Shown: positions 9,710 to 19,021 of the stretch, piece after piece
Layout of the letters: every line of letters begins with the position of its first letter
Numbering within the stretch: position 1 is the first letter of the stretch
DNA from: an uncultured Gemmatimonadaceae bacterium
Lineage (GTDB): Bacteria > Gemmatimonadota > Gemmatimonadetes > Gemmatimonadales > Gemmatimonadaceae
Length of the DNA stretch: 64,000 bases
Assembly: GCA_963817955.1 (NCBI GenBank)
Contig: CAWFQK010000004.1
Span: 1,152,001 to 1,216,000, forward strand
Direction of reading: 5' to 3'
Position numbers and translations under genes: made by a program
The notes under the pieces: generated by a model
The model's database searches: none
Told to the model about the DNA's origin: nothing
What the model saw: the letters and a program-made list of their open reading frames with translations, nothing else

Positions 9710-11536
9710 ATGACTTCGGTGCAGCCAGCCACAAGCACGCATGTCGGACACATAGCCGGACGCGCGCCCCGACTGATCTTTGACTTTCCGTCTCCGAACG
9801 GTGGGACGGAACGACTCTCGTTCACAAACCCGATCGCCACGCTGATCGCGGAACAGCATGGTGACGTGCTGCGCGCCCTCGCGGATGCCGAATGGCACGC
9901 CAAGCAGGGCCGGTTCGTCGCCGGGTTCGTGTCCTATGACGCAGCGCCGGCGTTCGAACCCGCTATGCGGATCGCCGGGCGCGCACCGACCCCGCTCGTC
10001 TGGTTCGGAGTGTTCGACCGACCACGCGATCTCGGGACGGTCGGCGCACTGCCCGATTCGTCCGCACGCGAACCGCTGCACTGGACTCCGAACACGTCTC
10101 GGACCGACTACGACAACGCCATCGAATGCATTCGCGCAGCGATCGGCGCTGGCGAAGTCTATCAAGTGAATCACACGATCCGCTTGCGGGCGCCATGGGC
10201 GGGCGATGCGTTGGCGCTGTATGAGCGATTGCGCACCGCACAGGAGACGCGGTACGGCGCCTTCGTGGACATCGGCCGTTTTCAGGTGGTCTCTGCCGCC
10301 CCAGAATTGTTCTTCGCCCGGGTGGGCGACCGCATCGAGACTCGGCCAATGAAAGGCACGGCTCGCCGGGGCCGATGGCCGGACGAAGATCGTCGGATGC
10401 CCGACGCGCTGGCGCGTTCCGAAAAGGACCGCGCCGAGAACCTCATGATTGTCGATCTTCTCCGGAACGACATCGGCCGGCTCGCGGAGATCGGCTCGGT
10501 GCATGTTCCCGCGTTGCTGACAGTAGAGCGCTATCCCACCGTGTGGCAGTTGACGTCGACCGTGGCTGGCACGGCGCGGTCCGGAGTCTCGCTCACCGAC
10601 ATCTTTGCCGCTCTCTTTCCTTGTGGTTCGGTCACCGGAGCACCGAAGATCGCGGCCACCCACCAGATCGCGCGCCTTGAGCCCGACGCGCGGGGCGTGT
10701 ACTGCGGCGCGGTCGGCATCATCCGGCCTGGTGGCGACTGCTGTTTCAACGTCGCGATTCGGACCGCGATCGTAGACGCTGAACGCGCGGTGGTGGAGTA
10801 TGGCGTTGGCGGCGGAATCACCTTCGACTCGACGGCCGCCGGCGAATACGACGAGGCGCTCGCCAAGAGCGCCATTCTCACCGCACCGGTTCGAGAGTTC
10901 GCGCTCATCGAGACGATGCGGCTCGTTGATGGCGTGTACGTGCGCCGCGACCGCCATCTCGCTCGCCTGTCAGCGTCGGCGGCGTATTTCGGATTCGCCG
11001 ATCCAACCGAGCACGCACGGGCCGCGCTCGACGCGCATGCCGCCGGGAAGCCACGGGGCTGCTTTCGCGCTCGACTCCTTGCCAGTCGCAACGGCGCGGT
11101 CGACGTCGACTCCGTGCCGTTCGACGAAGGCCACATCAACACGCACCACACGATCCTCGTCTCCCTCGCACACGGAGTCGTCGACTCAGCCGATGTATTC
11201 CTCTTTCACAAGACCACGGACCGCACGGCGTATGATCGGGCACGGGCCGACGATCCCGCCGCGGACGACGTCATTCTGATGAACGAGCGCGGCGAGCTGA
11301 CTGAGCTCACCACCGGCAACCTTGTCATTGAGGTCGGCGGACGCCGCTATACGCCGCCGCTCGACTGCGGATTGCTCGCCGGGGTGTTTTGCCGGGAACT
11401 GCTGGAGAGCGCGATGATCGAGGAGCGTGTGCTACGCCTCGACGATCTTCACCGTGCCAGCGCCATCTGGCGCGTCAGCTCGCTACGCGAATGGACGCCC
11501 GCGCGACTCAGCCAGGCGGGCGACTCCGGCGCATAG
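9710..11536 (+). CDS. pabB: Aminodeoxychorismate synthase component I fused to class IV aminotransferase-like ADC lyase (PabB-PabC)
   Basis: YQVN, PELFF, RPMKGT, KDRAENLMIVDLLRND and FPCGSVTGAPK; C-terminal LIETM, HKTT, NERGELTE and GLLAG. Confidence 0.92.
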   Translation: MTSVQPATSTHVGHIAGRAPRLIFDFPSPNGGTERLSFTNPIATLIAEQHGDVLRALADAEWHAKQGRFVAGFVSYDAAPAFEPAMRIAGRAPTPLVWFGVFDRPRDLGTVGALPDSSAREPLHWTPNTSRTDYDNAIECIRAAIGAGEVYQVNHTIRLRAPWAGDALALYERLRTAQETRYGAFVDIGRFQVVSAAPELFFARVGDRIETRPMKGTARRGRWPDEDRRMPDALARSEKDRAENLMIVDLLRNDIGRLAEIGSVHVPALLTVERYPTVWQLTSTVAGTARSGVSLTDIFAALFPCGSVTGAPKIAATHQIARLEPDARGVYCGAVGIIRPGGDCCFNVAIRTAIVDAERAVVEYGVGGGITFDSTAAGEYDEALAKSAILTAPVREFALIETMRLVDGVYVRRDRHLARLSASAAYFGFADPTEHARAALDAHAAGKPRGCFRARLLASRNGAVDVDSVPFDEGHINTHHTILVSLAHGVVDSADVFLFHKTTDRTAYDRARADDPAADDVILMNERGELTELTTGNLVIEVGGRRYTPPLDCGLLAGVFCRELLESAMIEERVLRLDDLHRASAIWRVSSLREWTPARLSQAGDSGA

Positions 11537-11594
11537 CCTGGCGCCACGGACCTCGCCCGAGTGATCGCGAGCCGACATCATACAACCTCAAACG

Positions 11595-11634
11595 AGAAAC
11601 CGCCGTGACCCAATCGAGGATCACGGCGGTTTCT
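11595..11634. terminator. Bidirectional terminator hairpin
   Basis: agaaaccgccgtga...tcacggcggtttct between convergent genes. Confidence 0.8.
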
Positions 11635-11657
11635 GCCACATCGGTCACGCCAGCACG

Positions 11658-14600
11658 CTACTTGGAATCGATCTTTCTCCCGGCATTCAGATTATCAAAG
11701 TTCATAATCGTATTGAACACCAGCGGGTACGTCCCAATCGTCTCCCCTCTATAAACGGGATTGATCGAGAACAGCACCACGTGCCCCTTCTCCAACGGCG
11801 AATCGACCACCGCCGCCCGCTGCGCGATGTCTCCGCCGCCGTTGAGCAATCCGGAAACCAACAGATCGCTCTGGGTCGAATACCGCAGCGCCACACGCGG
11901 ACGCTGATCCGGCGGAATGATGTTGAGCGGCGACCGCAGCATCTCGTCCGTCACCGGGGCGTACTGCCACGGCTGGACGGTCTGACGCGGCGGCGCCTTG
12001 AAGCGATCCTCGAGCGCCGGCCTGCCCTGCACTTCATCCACGTCGTCCGGGGTGCCACGGCCGGTCTCGCGCGAGCCACCGGCGCCGCCGCGACCACCAC
12101 CACCGCCGCCACCACCCCGCCCACCCTTCGTGGCGCTCACGCTGAAGCTCTCGCCGCCGTCGGTGTACGCGGCAATGCCGTCCGCAACGCCATACACGAT
12201 CGGCGATGCATCATCCACCAGGTGGGTTCTCAGGAATGAACCGGTCACCGTGCCCCGGGCGGCAACGTTGTAGCTCACGCCGTTCGTTAGACCGTATTCG
12301 ATCGCGAACTGGCTCGAGCCCACGGCGCCGATGTACACACCGCCGTTCTTCACGAAACGCTCGATGTTCTCCAAACCCTGCCAGCCGAGTCCGGGACGCA
12401 TGTCGTCGGTCTGAGCCCATGTGCCGATGTTCGGCGTCTCCGGGGTGTTCTTCCACGGAATGGGGTTGCGCCACATCGGCATGCCCTGAATCACCTGCGC
12501 CGGGCTGCCGCCGCCTGGGCCAAAGATGATGACGTCGTACTTGGCGTTCAGATCAGGGACCTTCGCGACGTCTGCCGTGCTCAGGTAGTCGTACGGAATG
12601 CCGTTCGCGTCGAACGCGTAGCGCCACCAGCCTTCGGTCTGGGTGTTCTGCCAGGTGTGCATGATCACAATGCGCGCCGCACGCACGGGATGGGTCTTCA
12701 CGCTCGGCGCCGCCGCTACCGCGGCCACCTTGAGGCCCAGGTCCTTGGCCGCCGCGTCGAGGTCGGACTGCGATATCCCGCGAATAATGAAGGAACCGCG
12801 GTTGTACTTGGTGCCGCCCGCATCGAATGCCTCTTCAGCCGCCTGGATGTCGGCGCCCTTGAGCTTGTAGCGGAGCGTTGCCAGCGCGTTGTCGCCGTTC
12901 GCGTTCACGACGAATGTGCTGCCGCTACCCGTCACGCCGCCGGCCACTTTGACTGGGCCCTTCACCAGCTCCATCGCCGCGGTCAGCACCTTGGGATCGG
13001 TGACGCGCACGGCCTGCACCGCGAACCCTTCGGGGAAGGTCCAGCCAGTGTCGTCGTATGGGCTCTTCTGCGGATCGTTCGGCGCCCAGTACTGGTAGTC
13101 GAGTAACGCGTCCGCGATGCGGCTGAACGGCTGGTCCATTCGTACGATGTAGGTCCCAGCCGGAAACTCCTTGGTGGCGGGACTCGCCGCACGGGGCTCG
13201 GCCGGCGCACCGGCTTGTTCGGCTGGGGCTGCACCTCGCCCGCCACGACCGCCACGGCCGCCGGCGGCCACGACCTTCACCGGCATGTTCACCGTGAATG
13301 GCGCGGTGGCGCGGCTGATCTCGACGCGCTGCTTCTGGAGAATGCGCAGCAGTTCGGCCTGAGAGCCGGGGCGGGGATCGTTGGCCGTGAGGATGTACGC
13401 AGCAGGGCCTTCGGTCTTCGCCTTGGCGATGGAGCGCTTGCTCTTCTCGTAGAAGTTCTCGAGAATGAGTCTCCGGTTGTTGGCGATGTAGTTGAGCGAC
13501 ACGAGCAAGCCGGTCTGCTCGTAATTGTTGTTGTTGCGCAGCGACCAGTTCACGCGCGGTAGCGGCGGGTCCTGCTTGAACCAGCTCCGCTGGGTGTCGT
13601 TGGGGCCGAGGATGCGCTCCTGCGTGTCGGCCGATCCCCCGTTGCCAAATGTCTCGTAGAGACGGCTGATGCCGTTGTGCGTAGCCGCGATGAACATGAG
13701 GTAGCCCGGCGACCAGGTGTCGAAGGTGCCGTGGGCGAACACGCCGGGCATGCCGTAGCGTGTCATCTCCTGCACGTTGTTCCAGCCGATCATCTGCCAC
13801 TCGTTCGTCAGCAGCGGATCGAGCCAGGAGTTGTACGGGCCGTCGCCAATGGTGTTGTCGTACAGATACGCCACCGACTCGTGGAGGTCGTGCAGGAGCT
13901 GCGCGTGCCAGTCCACGAAGGTGTTGAGCACGTTCTCTGTGAGCTTGAGCGTCATGCCCATGGCGTCACGGTTGTTGTCGTGCCGCACGTAGTGGCCCCA
14001 GTAGACCGCGTCCGGCACGGTCAGGCCGGGATGCGCCAGCTTCCACTTGTAGACGTCCACCACGCGATCGCGTCCGTCCACTTCGACGATCGGCGTGATG
14101 AGCGTGATCACATGATCGCGGATGTTCTTGACGTACGGGCTCTCGTCCACCGCCAGGCGATAGGCAAGCTCCATCAACGCCGTAGGCGCGCCGGCTTCGG
14201 TGGAGTGAATGGTGCCCGTGATGTAATAGACGGGCGCCGCGGTGTTCGCGATTTCGCCAGCCAGCTTGTCGTTGAAGCCGATGGTGCGCGGGTCGGCCAG
14301 TTTCCCCAAGGCCGCCTTGTTCGCGTCGAGCTTGGACATGAGCGCTTCGGAGGCGACAGCCACCGCAATGTGCTCGCGACCCTCCTCCGTGGTGCCGATC
14401 GAATACACCCGCACGCGACCGGGGAGCGCTTTGGCGAGCATGCGCATGTACTCGTAGACCTCCTTTGAGTACGGCAGCTTGCCCGGCGCGCCGGCGATAT
14501 CGCCGAGTACGGCAGTGGGCGTCGGCACGCCGGCGCGGGCCGGCATGTAGTCGACGAGCGGTGAGAGGAAGAAGGATTCGGTGGTGTACTCCTTGATCTT

Positions 14601-14741
14601 CTTCGTGTACTCAACGTCGATCGGCTGGCTGGGATTGCGGCCCGGCGTGGAGGCGGCCGGATCACCCTGCGCGTGGAGCTTGGCGGCGGGAGTGACGGCC
14701 AGGAGGGCCAGGATACTGCAAATAGCGGATGAACGCCGCAT
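11658..14741 (-). CDS. Secreted M14 family zinc carboxypeptidase with C-terminal GATase-like domain
   Basis: Signal peptide; IHSTE (HxxE), DNNRD and DLHE motifs; Gly/Arg-rich inserts. Confidence 0.88.
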   Translation of the reverse strand: MRRSSAICSILALLAVTPAAKLHAQGDPAASTPGRNPSQPIDVEYTKKIKEYTTESFFLSPLVDYMPARAGVPTPTAVLGDIAGAPGKLPYSKEVYEYMRMLAKALPGRVRVYSIGTTEEGREHIAVAVASEALMSKLDANKAALGKLADPRTIGFNDKLAGEIANTAAPVYYITGTIHSTEAGAPTALMELAYRLAVDESPYVKNIRDHVITLITPIVEVDGRDRVVDVYKWKLAHPGLTVPDAVYWGHYVRHDNNRDAMGMTLKLTENVLNTFVDWHAQLLHDLHESVAYLYDNTIGDGPYNSWLDPLLTNEWQMIGWNNVQEMTRYGMPGVFAHGTFDTWSPGYLMFIAATHNGISRLYETFGNGGSADTQERILGPNDTQRSWFKQDPPLPRVNWSLRNNNNYEQTGLLVSLNYIANNRRLILENFYEKSKRSIAKAKTEGPAAYILTANDPRPGSQAELLRILQKQRVEISRATAPFTVNMPVKVVAAGGRGGRGGRGAAPAEQAGAPAEPRAASPATKEFPAGTYIVRMDQPFSRIADALLDYQYWAPNDPQKSPYDDTGWTFPEGFAVQAVRVTDPKVLTAAMELVKGPVKVAGGVTGSGSTFVVNANGDNALATLRYKLKGADIQAAEEAFDAGGTKYNRGSFIIRGISQSDLDAAAKDLGLKVAAVAAAPSVKTHPVRAARIVIMHTWQNTQTEGWWRYAFDANGIPYDYLSTADVAKVPDLNAKYDVIIFGPGGGSPAQVIQGMPMWRNPIPWKNTPETPNIGTWAQTDDMRPGLGWQGLENIERFVKNGGVYIGAVGSSQFAIEYGLTNGVSYNVAARGTVTGSFLRTHLVDDASPIVYGVADGIAAYTDGGESFSVSATKGGRGGGGGGGGRGGAGGSRETGRGTPDDVDEVQGRPALEDRFKAPPRQTVQPWQYAPVTDEMLRSPLNIIPPDQRPRVALRYSTQSDLLVSGLLNGGGDIAQRAAVVDSPLEKGHVVLFSINPVYRGETIGTYPLVFNTIMNFDNLNAGRKIDSK

Positions 14742-14943
14742 GACGGGACCTCGCTAGGGAACTTGGCAGGAGGAAGTGCGCTGGAAAGGTGCTTGGCGTT
14801 GGCGGAAGGCGCTAGTCGTTCGTACGCACCGGAAGGAGGGGGCGCTGGGAGTAGTGGCCGGCCCTCCCTGTTCCCCGATAGGCAGACCGGCCAAACCGCC
14901 GCAGGTTGGGGGCGCAGAACCCACTCTAGCGGAGCTCCTCTCG

Positions 14944-15402
14944 ATGTGGAAAGACTTCAAGGCGTTCATCATGCGCGGCAACGTCATGGACCTCGCGGTG
15001 GCGGTAGTCATTGGCGGCGCCTTCGGCACGATCGTGAAATCCCTGGTCGATGACATCATCATGCCGCCCATCGGCCTGATCACCGGAAAGCTGGACTTCT
15101 CCAGTCGTTTAGTGGTGCTCAAGGCAAGCGAAACGGTGCCGCCGCCCTATTCGACGCCCGCCCAGGCAAAGGCGGCAGGGGCCGTGACGCTCAACTACGG
15201 AACGTTCGTCAACAATGTCATCGCCTTCCTGATCGTCGCGGCGGCGGTGTTCCTGGTGGTGCGCATCGTGAGCCGCTTGTACGCCAAGCCGGCGCCACAG
15301 ACGGCCAACACGAAGGCATGCCCCCGATGCACGATGCCAATTCCGAAGGCTGCGACACGGTGCCCGCAGTGCACGTCAGATATCGTGGGGGCAGGCGTCT
15401 GA
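14944..15402 (+). CDS. mscL: Large-conductance mechanosensitive channel with C-terminal zinc ribbon
   Basis: FKAFIMRGNVMDLAVAVVIGGAFGTIV, NYGTF; tail CPRC...ATRCPQCTS. Confidence 0.95.
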   Translation: MWKDFKAFIMRGNVMDLAVAVVIGGAFGTIVKSLVDDIIMPPIGLITGKLDFSSRLVVLKASETVPPPYSTPAQAKAAGAVTLNYGTFVNNVIAFLIVAAAVFLVVRIVSRLYAKPAPQTANTKACPRCTMPIPKAATRCPQCTSDIVGAGV

Positions 15403-15403
15403 G

Positions 15404-15501
15404 GGGACACGAGACACGAGACACGAGACACCGAGACACGAGACACCGAGACACCGAGACACGAGACACCGAGACACCGAGACACCGAGACACCGAGACA
15501 C
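15404..15501. repeat. GAGACAC(C) 7/8-mer microsatellite, about 13 units
   Basis: Fills the gap between convergent mscL and L,D-transpeptidase. Confidence 0.95.
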
Positions 15502-15509
15502 GCGCGATT

Positions 15510-16250
15510 CTATTGACGTGACACCATGATCGAATCGAGCGCCATCGATGCCCCGCGTTGCGGCACCCGGTATATGAGCCGTCGAACGCTCGCCGAGTCT
15601 ACTCGGGCGGTATCGACACCGTGGGCGAGCAACGCGTCGTACACGGCGGCACGTAACGAGCGGCGGGACAGGCCGTAGATGTCGCGGTAGACCAGCACGC
15701 GTCCGGCGCGTATCTCCACGAGGTCGTATCGGATCTCGATCGGGATCGGGTCGTCCAATGCCAGCTCTCGCGTCGTCACGGAGTCGGCGGCCAGGCGATC
15801 GACCTCGGCTTCGCTGAGCAGCGGAGTACCGTAGCGGTGGACCAGGCGGGCCAGATCGATCGCGTCGGCGGGCCGCATGCGGATGCAGCCGTGCGACGCG
15901 GCGGTGCCGATGGAGCTCACGGCCGGTGTTCCGTGCAGAAAGTACATGGGCCGGAAATTGAGCTTCACCCGGCCCATGGGGTTGGTGGGACCCGGTGGCG
16001 TTGGCCGTTCCTTGGCCGCCCAGGGGCTATTCGGCGGAATCCACCATGGGTTCCATTCGATGCTGTTGATGGCGAAACTGCCGCGCGGCGTCGGATATCG
16101 TGGCATTCCCGGCGCAATCGAGGCAGTGCGGACGAGCGAGTCGGCGACGAACGCCTCCAGCCGGTACGCCGGAAGGTTCACGACGACACGCATCGGCTGT
16201 TGGAACCAGCCGAAGAGGGCTGCGAACGTCAGAATCCAACCCGATCCCAT
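15510..16250 (-). CDS. L,D-transpeptidase (YkuD family)
   Basis: VNLPAYRL, PTPRG, WNPWWIPP, NPMG, LHGT...SHGCIRM. Confidence 0.92.
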   Translation of the reverse strand: MGSGWILTFAALFGWFQQPMRVVVNLPAYRLEAFVADSLVRTASIAPGMPRYPTPRGSFAINSIEWNPWWIPPNSPWAAKERPTPPGPTNPMGRVKLNFRPMYFLHGTPAVSSIGTAASHGCIRMRPADAIDLARLVHRYGTPLLSEAEVDRLAADSVTTRELALDDPIPIEIRYDLVEIRAGRVLVYRDIYGLSRRSLRAAVYDALLAHGVDTARVDSASVRRLIYRVPQRGASMALDSIMVSRQ

Positions 16251-16375
16251 CTGAGATTCCTGGTGTGAGCGCGCGCCGGAACGATGGCGACAATTTGTGC
16301 GATGCCGCGCCCGCACGGAGTCGGCGATTGATCGGCGCGTCGTAGGGAAAGAAGACCGCCGCGAAGCGGTCGCAG

Positions 16376-16391
16376 CGGCAAGGTTTGTGCA
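16376..16391 (+). promoter_or_regulatory. Possible sigma-54 -24/-12 promoter
   Basis: cGGcaaggtttgtGCa: GG-N10-GC about 45 bp upstream of ATG 16434. Confidence 0.35.
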
Positions 16392-16433
16392 TCGCCGTTG
16401 AGATTTTGTGTTCGGGCGACACCGGGGGGCTGA

Positions 16434-17135
16434 ATGCCTGCGGCACTTCATGCAACGAGCGGGACGCACATCATCGAGATCGCCAACGGGGTAACGCTCA
16501 CCGGAGATCTCATAATTCCCGCCAATGCCAAGGGCTTGGTGATCTTTGCGCACGGGAGCGGGAGCAGCCGGCTGAGCCGGCGCAACCAGCGCGTGGCGGC
16601 CCGGCTGCACGACGGCGCGCTCGCCACATTGCTGTTCGATCTGCTCACGATCGCCGAAGACGTGATCGACGAACGGAGCGCCGAGCTGCGGTTCGACATT
16701 CCGCTGCTCGCCGAACGACTGGTGCAGGTCACGGCGTGGGCTCAGGCCCAGCCCGCGACGGCTCCGCTTCCCGTCGGATACTTCGGCTCGAACACCGGCG
16801 CCGCCGCCGCACTGGTTGCCGCGGCTATCCGGCCGGAGCGCGTTCACGCCGTGGTTTCGCGGGGCGGACGGCCCGATCTGGCGGGGCCATACCTCCCTCA
16901 CGTGAAGGCGCCGACGCTGCTCATCGTGGGCGGCAACGACGCGCCGGTGATCGGCATGAACCAGACGGCTCTGGAGCGGCTCTCCGCTACGCCCAAGGAG
17001 CTCGTGATTGTCCCCGGTGCGTCACATCTGTTCGAGGAGCCTGGCGCGCTGCACCGCGTGGCCGCGCTCGCTCTACGCTGGTTCGAGCGGTACCTGGGAG
17101 ACGCGCCATCGCTGAGTGCAGCGGCGTCATCCTGA
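16434..17135 (+). CDS. Alpha/beta hydrolase (dienelactone hydrolase-like, PRTase-associated type)
   Basis: FAHGSGSSRLS, GYFGSNTG, VVSRGGRPDLA, VGGND and GASHLFEEPG. Confidence 0.9.
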   Translation: MPAALHATSGTHIIEIANGVTLTGDLIIPANAKGLVIFAHGSGSSRLSRRNQRVAARLHDGALATLLFDLLTIAEDVIDERSAELRFDIPLLAERLVQVTAWAQAQPATAPLPVGYFGSNTGAAAALVAAAIRPERVHAVVSRGGRPDLAGPYLPHVKAPTLLIVGGNDAPVIGMNQTALERLSATPKELVIVPGASHLFEEPGALHRVAALALRWFERYLGDAPSLSAAASS

Positions 17136-17184
17136 AGATCCTTTGGTCGGTTCGCTTCCTCAGCACCATTCAACGGAGGCTCAA

Positions 17185-17883
17185 ATGAAGACCAGGATTG
17201 CAGCACCCGCCTTCGTGGCGGCGCTCATGGCCGGAAGCATGCTGGGATGCAACCAATCGTCGGAGCAACAAAAACGTGCCGCGGACAGCGCCGTGGCCGC
17301 GGCAAAGACGCAGGCCTCGACGGTGGCGGGAGAAGTGATCAGCGCCCGCCGCGAGGCGCAGGGATTCTTCGACAGCGCGCACACCAGCTTCGTGGCGAAG
17401 AAGTACAAGGAGGCAGCAGCGAGCCTGCATGAGGCTGCAATCTTCGCGCGCCAGCAATCCGACAGCGCGACTGGCGCGGCGAAAACGGCGCTCGCCAAGT
17501 CAGCCGACGAAATCGAAAACCTCTCGACGCGCGTGGCGCGAGGCCGCGTGACGTCGGTCCAGACCGTGGACCGCGCATTCGCGCGCATGCAGCTCGCCGA
17601 GGCGCAGCATCACTACGGGCGCGCGATGGCGGATTGGGTCAACACCAACGCCGGTGCGGCGAGCGCCGAGTTGACGATGAGCATCGATCACTTCGAGCGC
17701 GCCGTTGCCGACGCCGGCCTCAAGCTCACATCCGAATCGAACGCGACCGTCATGGACATGAGAAACCTGGCCGCCGATCTCGCGAAAGGGGTCAAGGTGG
17801 ACAGCTCGGCGTTCGAGAAAGAACTCGATGCGTTCGACCGGGAGATTCAGCACGTTTCCACCAAGGTGTCCGCGTCGAAATGA
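17185..17883 (+). CDS. Helical lipoprotein, possibly YfdX-like
   Basis: GGAGG RBS; lipobox MLGC; Ala-rich helical body. Confidence 0.7.
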   Translation: MKTRIAAPAFVAALMAGSMLGCNQSSEQQKRAADSAVAAAKTQASTVAGEVISARREAQGFFDSAHTSFVAKKYKEAAASLHEAAIFARQQSDSATGAAKTALAKSADEIENLSTRVARGRVTSVQTVDRAFARMQLAEAQHHYGRAMADWVNTNAGAASAELTMSIDHFERAVADAGLKLTSESNATVMDMRNLAADLAKGVKVDSSAFEKELDAFDREIQHVSTKVSASK

Positions 17884-17897
17884 CCCCGCGGAAGGCG

Positions 17898-18842
17898 TCA
17901 GGCGAGCTCGCGTAGTGAGCCGCCCCTGATGAGGTGGCCGATCGCCGTGGCCACGAGTGGCGCGATCGACACGACCTCGGCGTCGAGTCGCGAGGTCGTG
18001 TCGCCGCGCGGCTCTATGCTATCGGTCACCAGCAATGTGCCGACACCGGCGCGGGACATCTTCTCCAACGCGCCCGGCGCAAACACGGCATGCGTTGCCG
18101 CGACCACGATGTCGGGTAGCACTCCCGCCTCGCGCAGCACCCGCACGCTCTCGGCAATCGTTCCGCCGGTACTGATCATGTCGTCGATGATGATCGCGCG
18201 GCGCCCGGCCACGTCTCCCGTAATCCGGCTGACGCTCACCTCGCTGCCGCCCGTCCGCCGCTTGTGACAAACCGCGACGGGCAGCACCAGGCTCGCTGAG
18301 TAGCGGTTGGCCAGTCGAAGGGCACCCAGATCAGGCGCGACGATCACCCCATCCGCGCCCACGCGCGAGCGTAGCGCCTCCGCGAGTGCCGGGATCGCGG
18401 TGAGGTTGTCGACCGGAACCCGAAAGAAGCCCTCGAGCGCCGGGGTGTGGGCGTCCACTACGACTACGTGGTCGATGCCGGCGCGCTCGAGCAAATTGCT
18501 CACGAGGCTGGCCATGATCGGCGTGCGGCGTCCGTCGCGCCGGTCGGAGCGAGCGTAGCCAAAGTACGGAACGATGGCGACGATACGGGCGGCGTCGGCA
18601 CGCCGGCACGCGTCGGCAATGGCCAGCAATTCCACGAGATGATCGTTCACCGGCGGGGACGTGGCGGCAACGAGGATGACGTCGCGCCCGCGCACCGTAT
18701 CGTCGAGCTGCACCGACACCTCACCATCGGGAAAACGCTCGACGGTACAGCCGGCAAAGGGCAGCGCCAGCTGGCGCTCCACCAACGCCGCCAGTGCGCG
18801 GCTGGCCGATCCGGCGACGAGTGTTGGCGTGGTCTCGTGCAT
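17898..18842 (-). CDS. prs: Ribose-phosphate pyrophosphokinase
   Basis: FPDGE, PYFGYARSDR, VAPDLGA and IIDDMISTGGT. Confidence 0.93.
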   Translation of the reverse strand: MHETTPTLVAGSASRALAALVERQLALPFAGCTVERFPDGEVSVQLDDTVRGRDVILVAATSPPVNDHLVELLAIADACRRADAARIVAIVPYFGYARSDRRDGRRTPIMASLVSNLLERAGIDHVVVVDAHTPALEGFFRVPVDNLTAIPALAEALRSRVGADGVIVAPDLGALRLANRYSASLVLPVAVCHKRRTGGSEVSVSRITGDVAGRRAIIIDDMISTGGTIAESVRVLREAGVLPDIVVAATHAVFAPGALEKMSRAGVGTLLVTDSIEPRGDTTSRLDAEVVSIAPLVATAIGHLIRGGSLRELA

Positions 18843-18982
18843 GACACTCTCCCTGTGGCGTGGAGTCCACACCATACAGTTGCACATGCGGCACAGGAGG
18901 GGAGTCCGTGGACGCACGCGGTCACGTCAGGAATATATCGTTGAAGAATCCTGACACCCCGACTCATGGCCACCGACAGCGA

Positions 18983-18998
18983 CGGACGCATTCTTGCG
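18983..18998 (+). promoter_or_regulatory. Possible sigma-54 -24/-12 promoter
   Basis: cGGacgcattcttGCg: GG-N10-GC with TTGC, about 25 bp upstream of ATG 19022; preceded by inverted repeat gtcagga...tcctgac. Confidence 0.4.
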
Positions 18999-19021
18999 AT
19001 ATCGTGCGTCGGGAGGAATAC

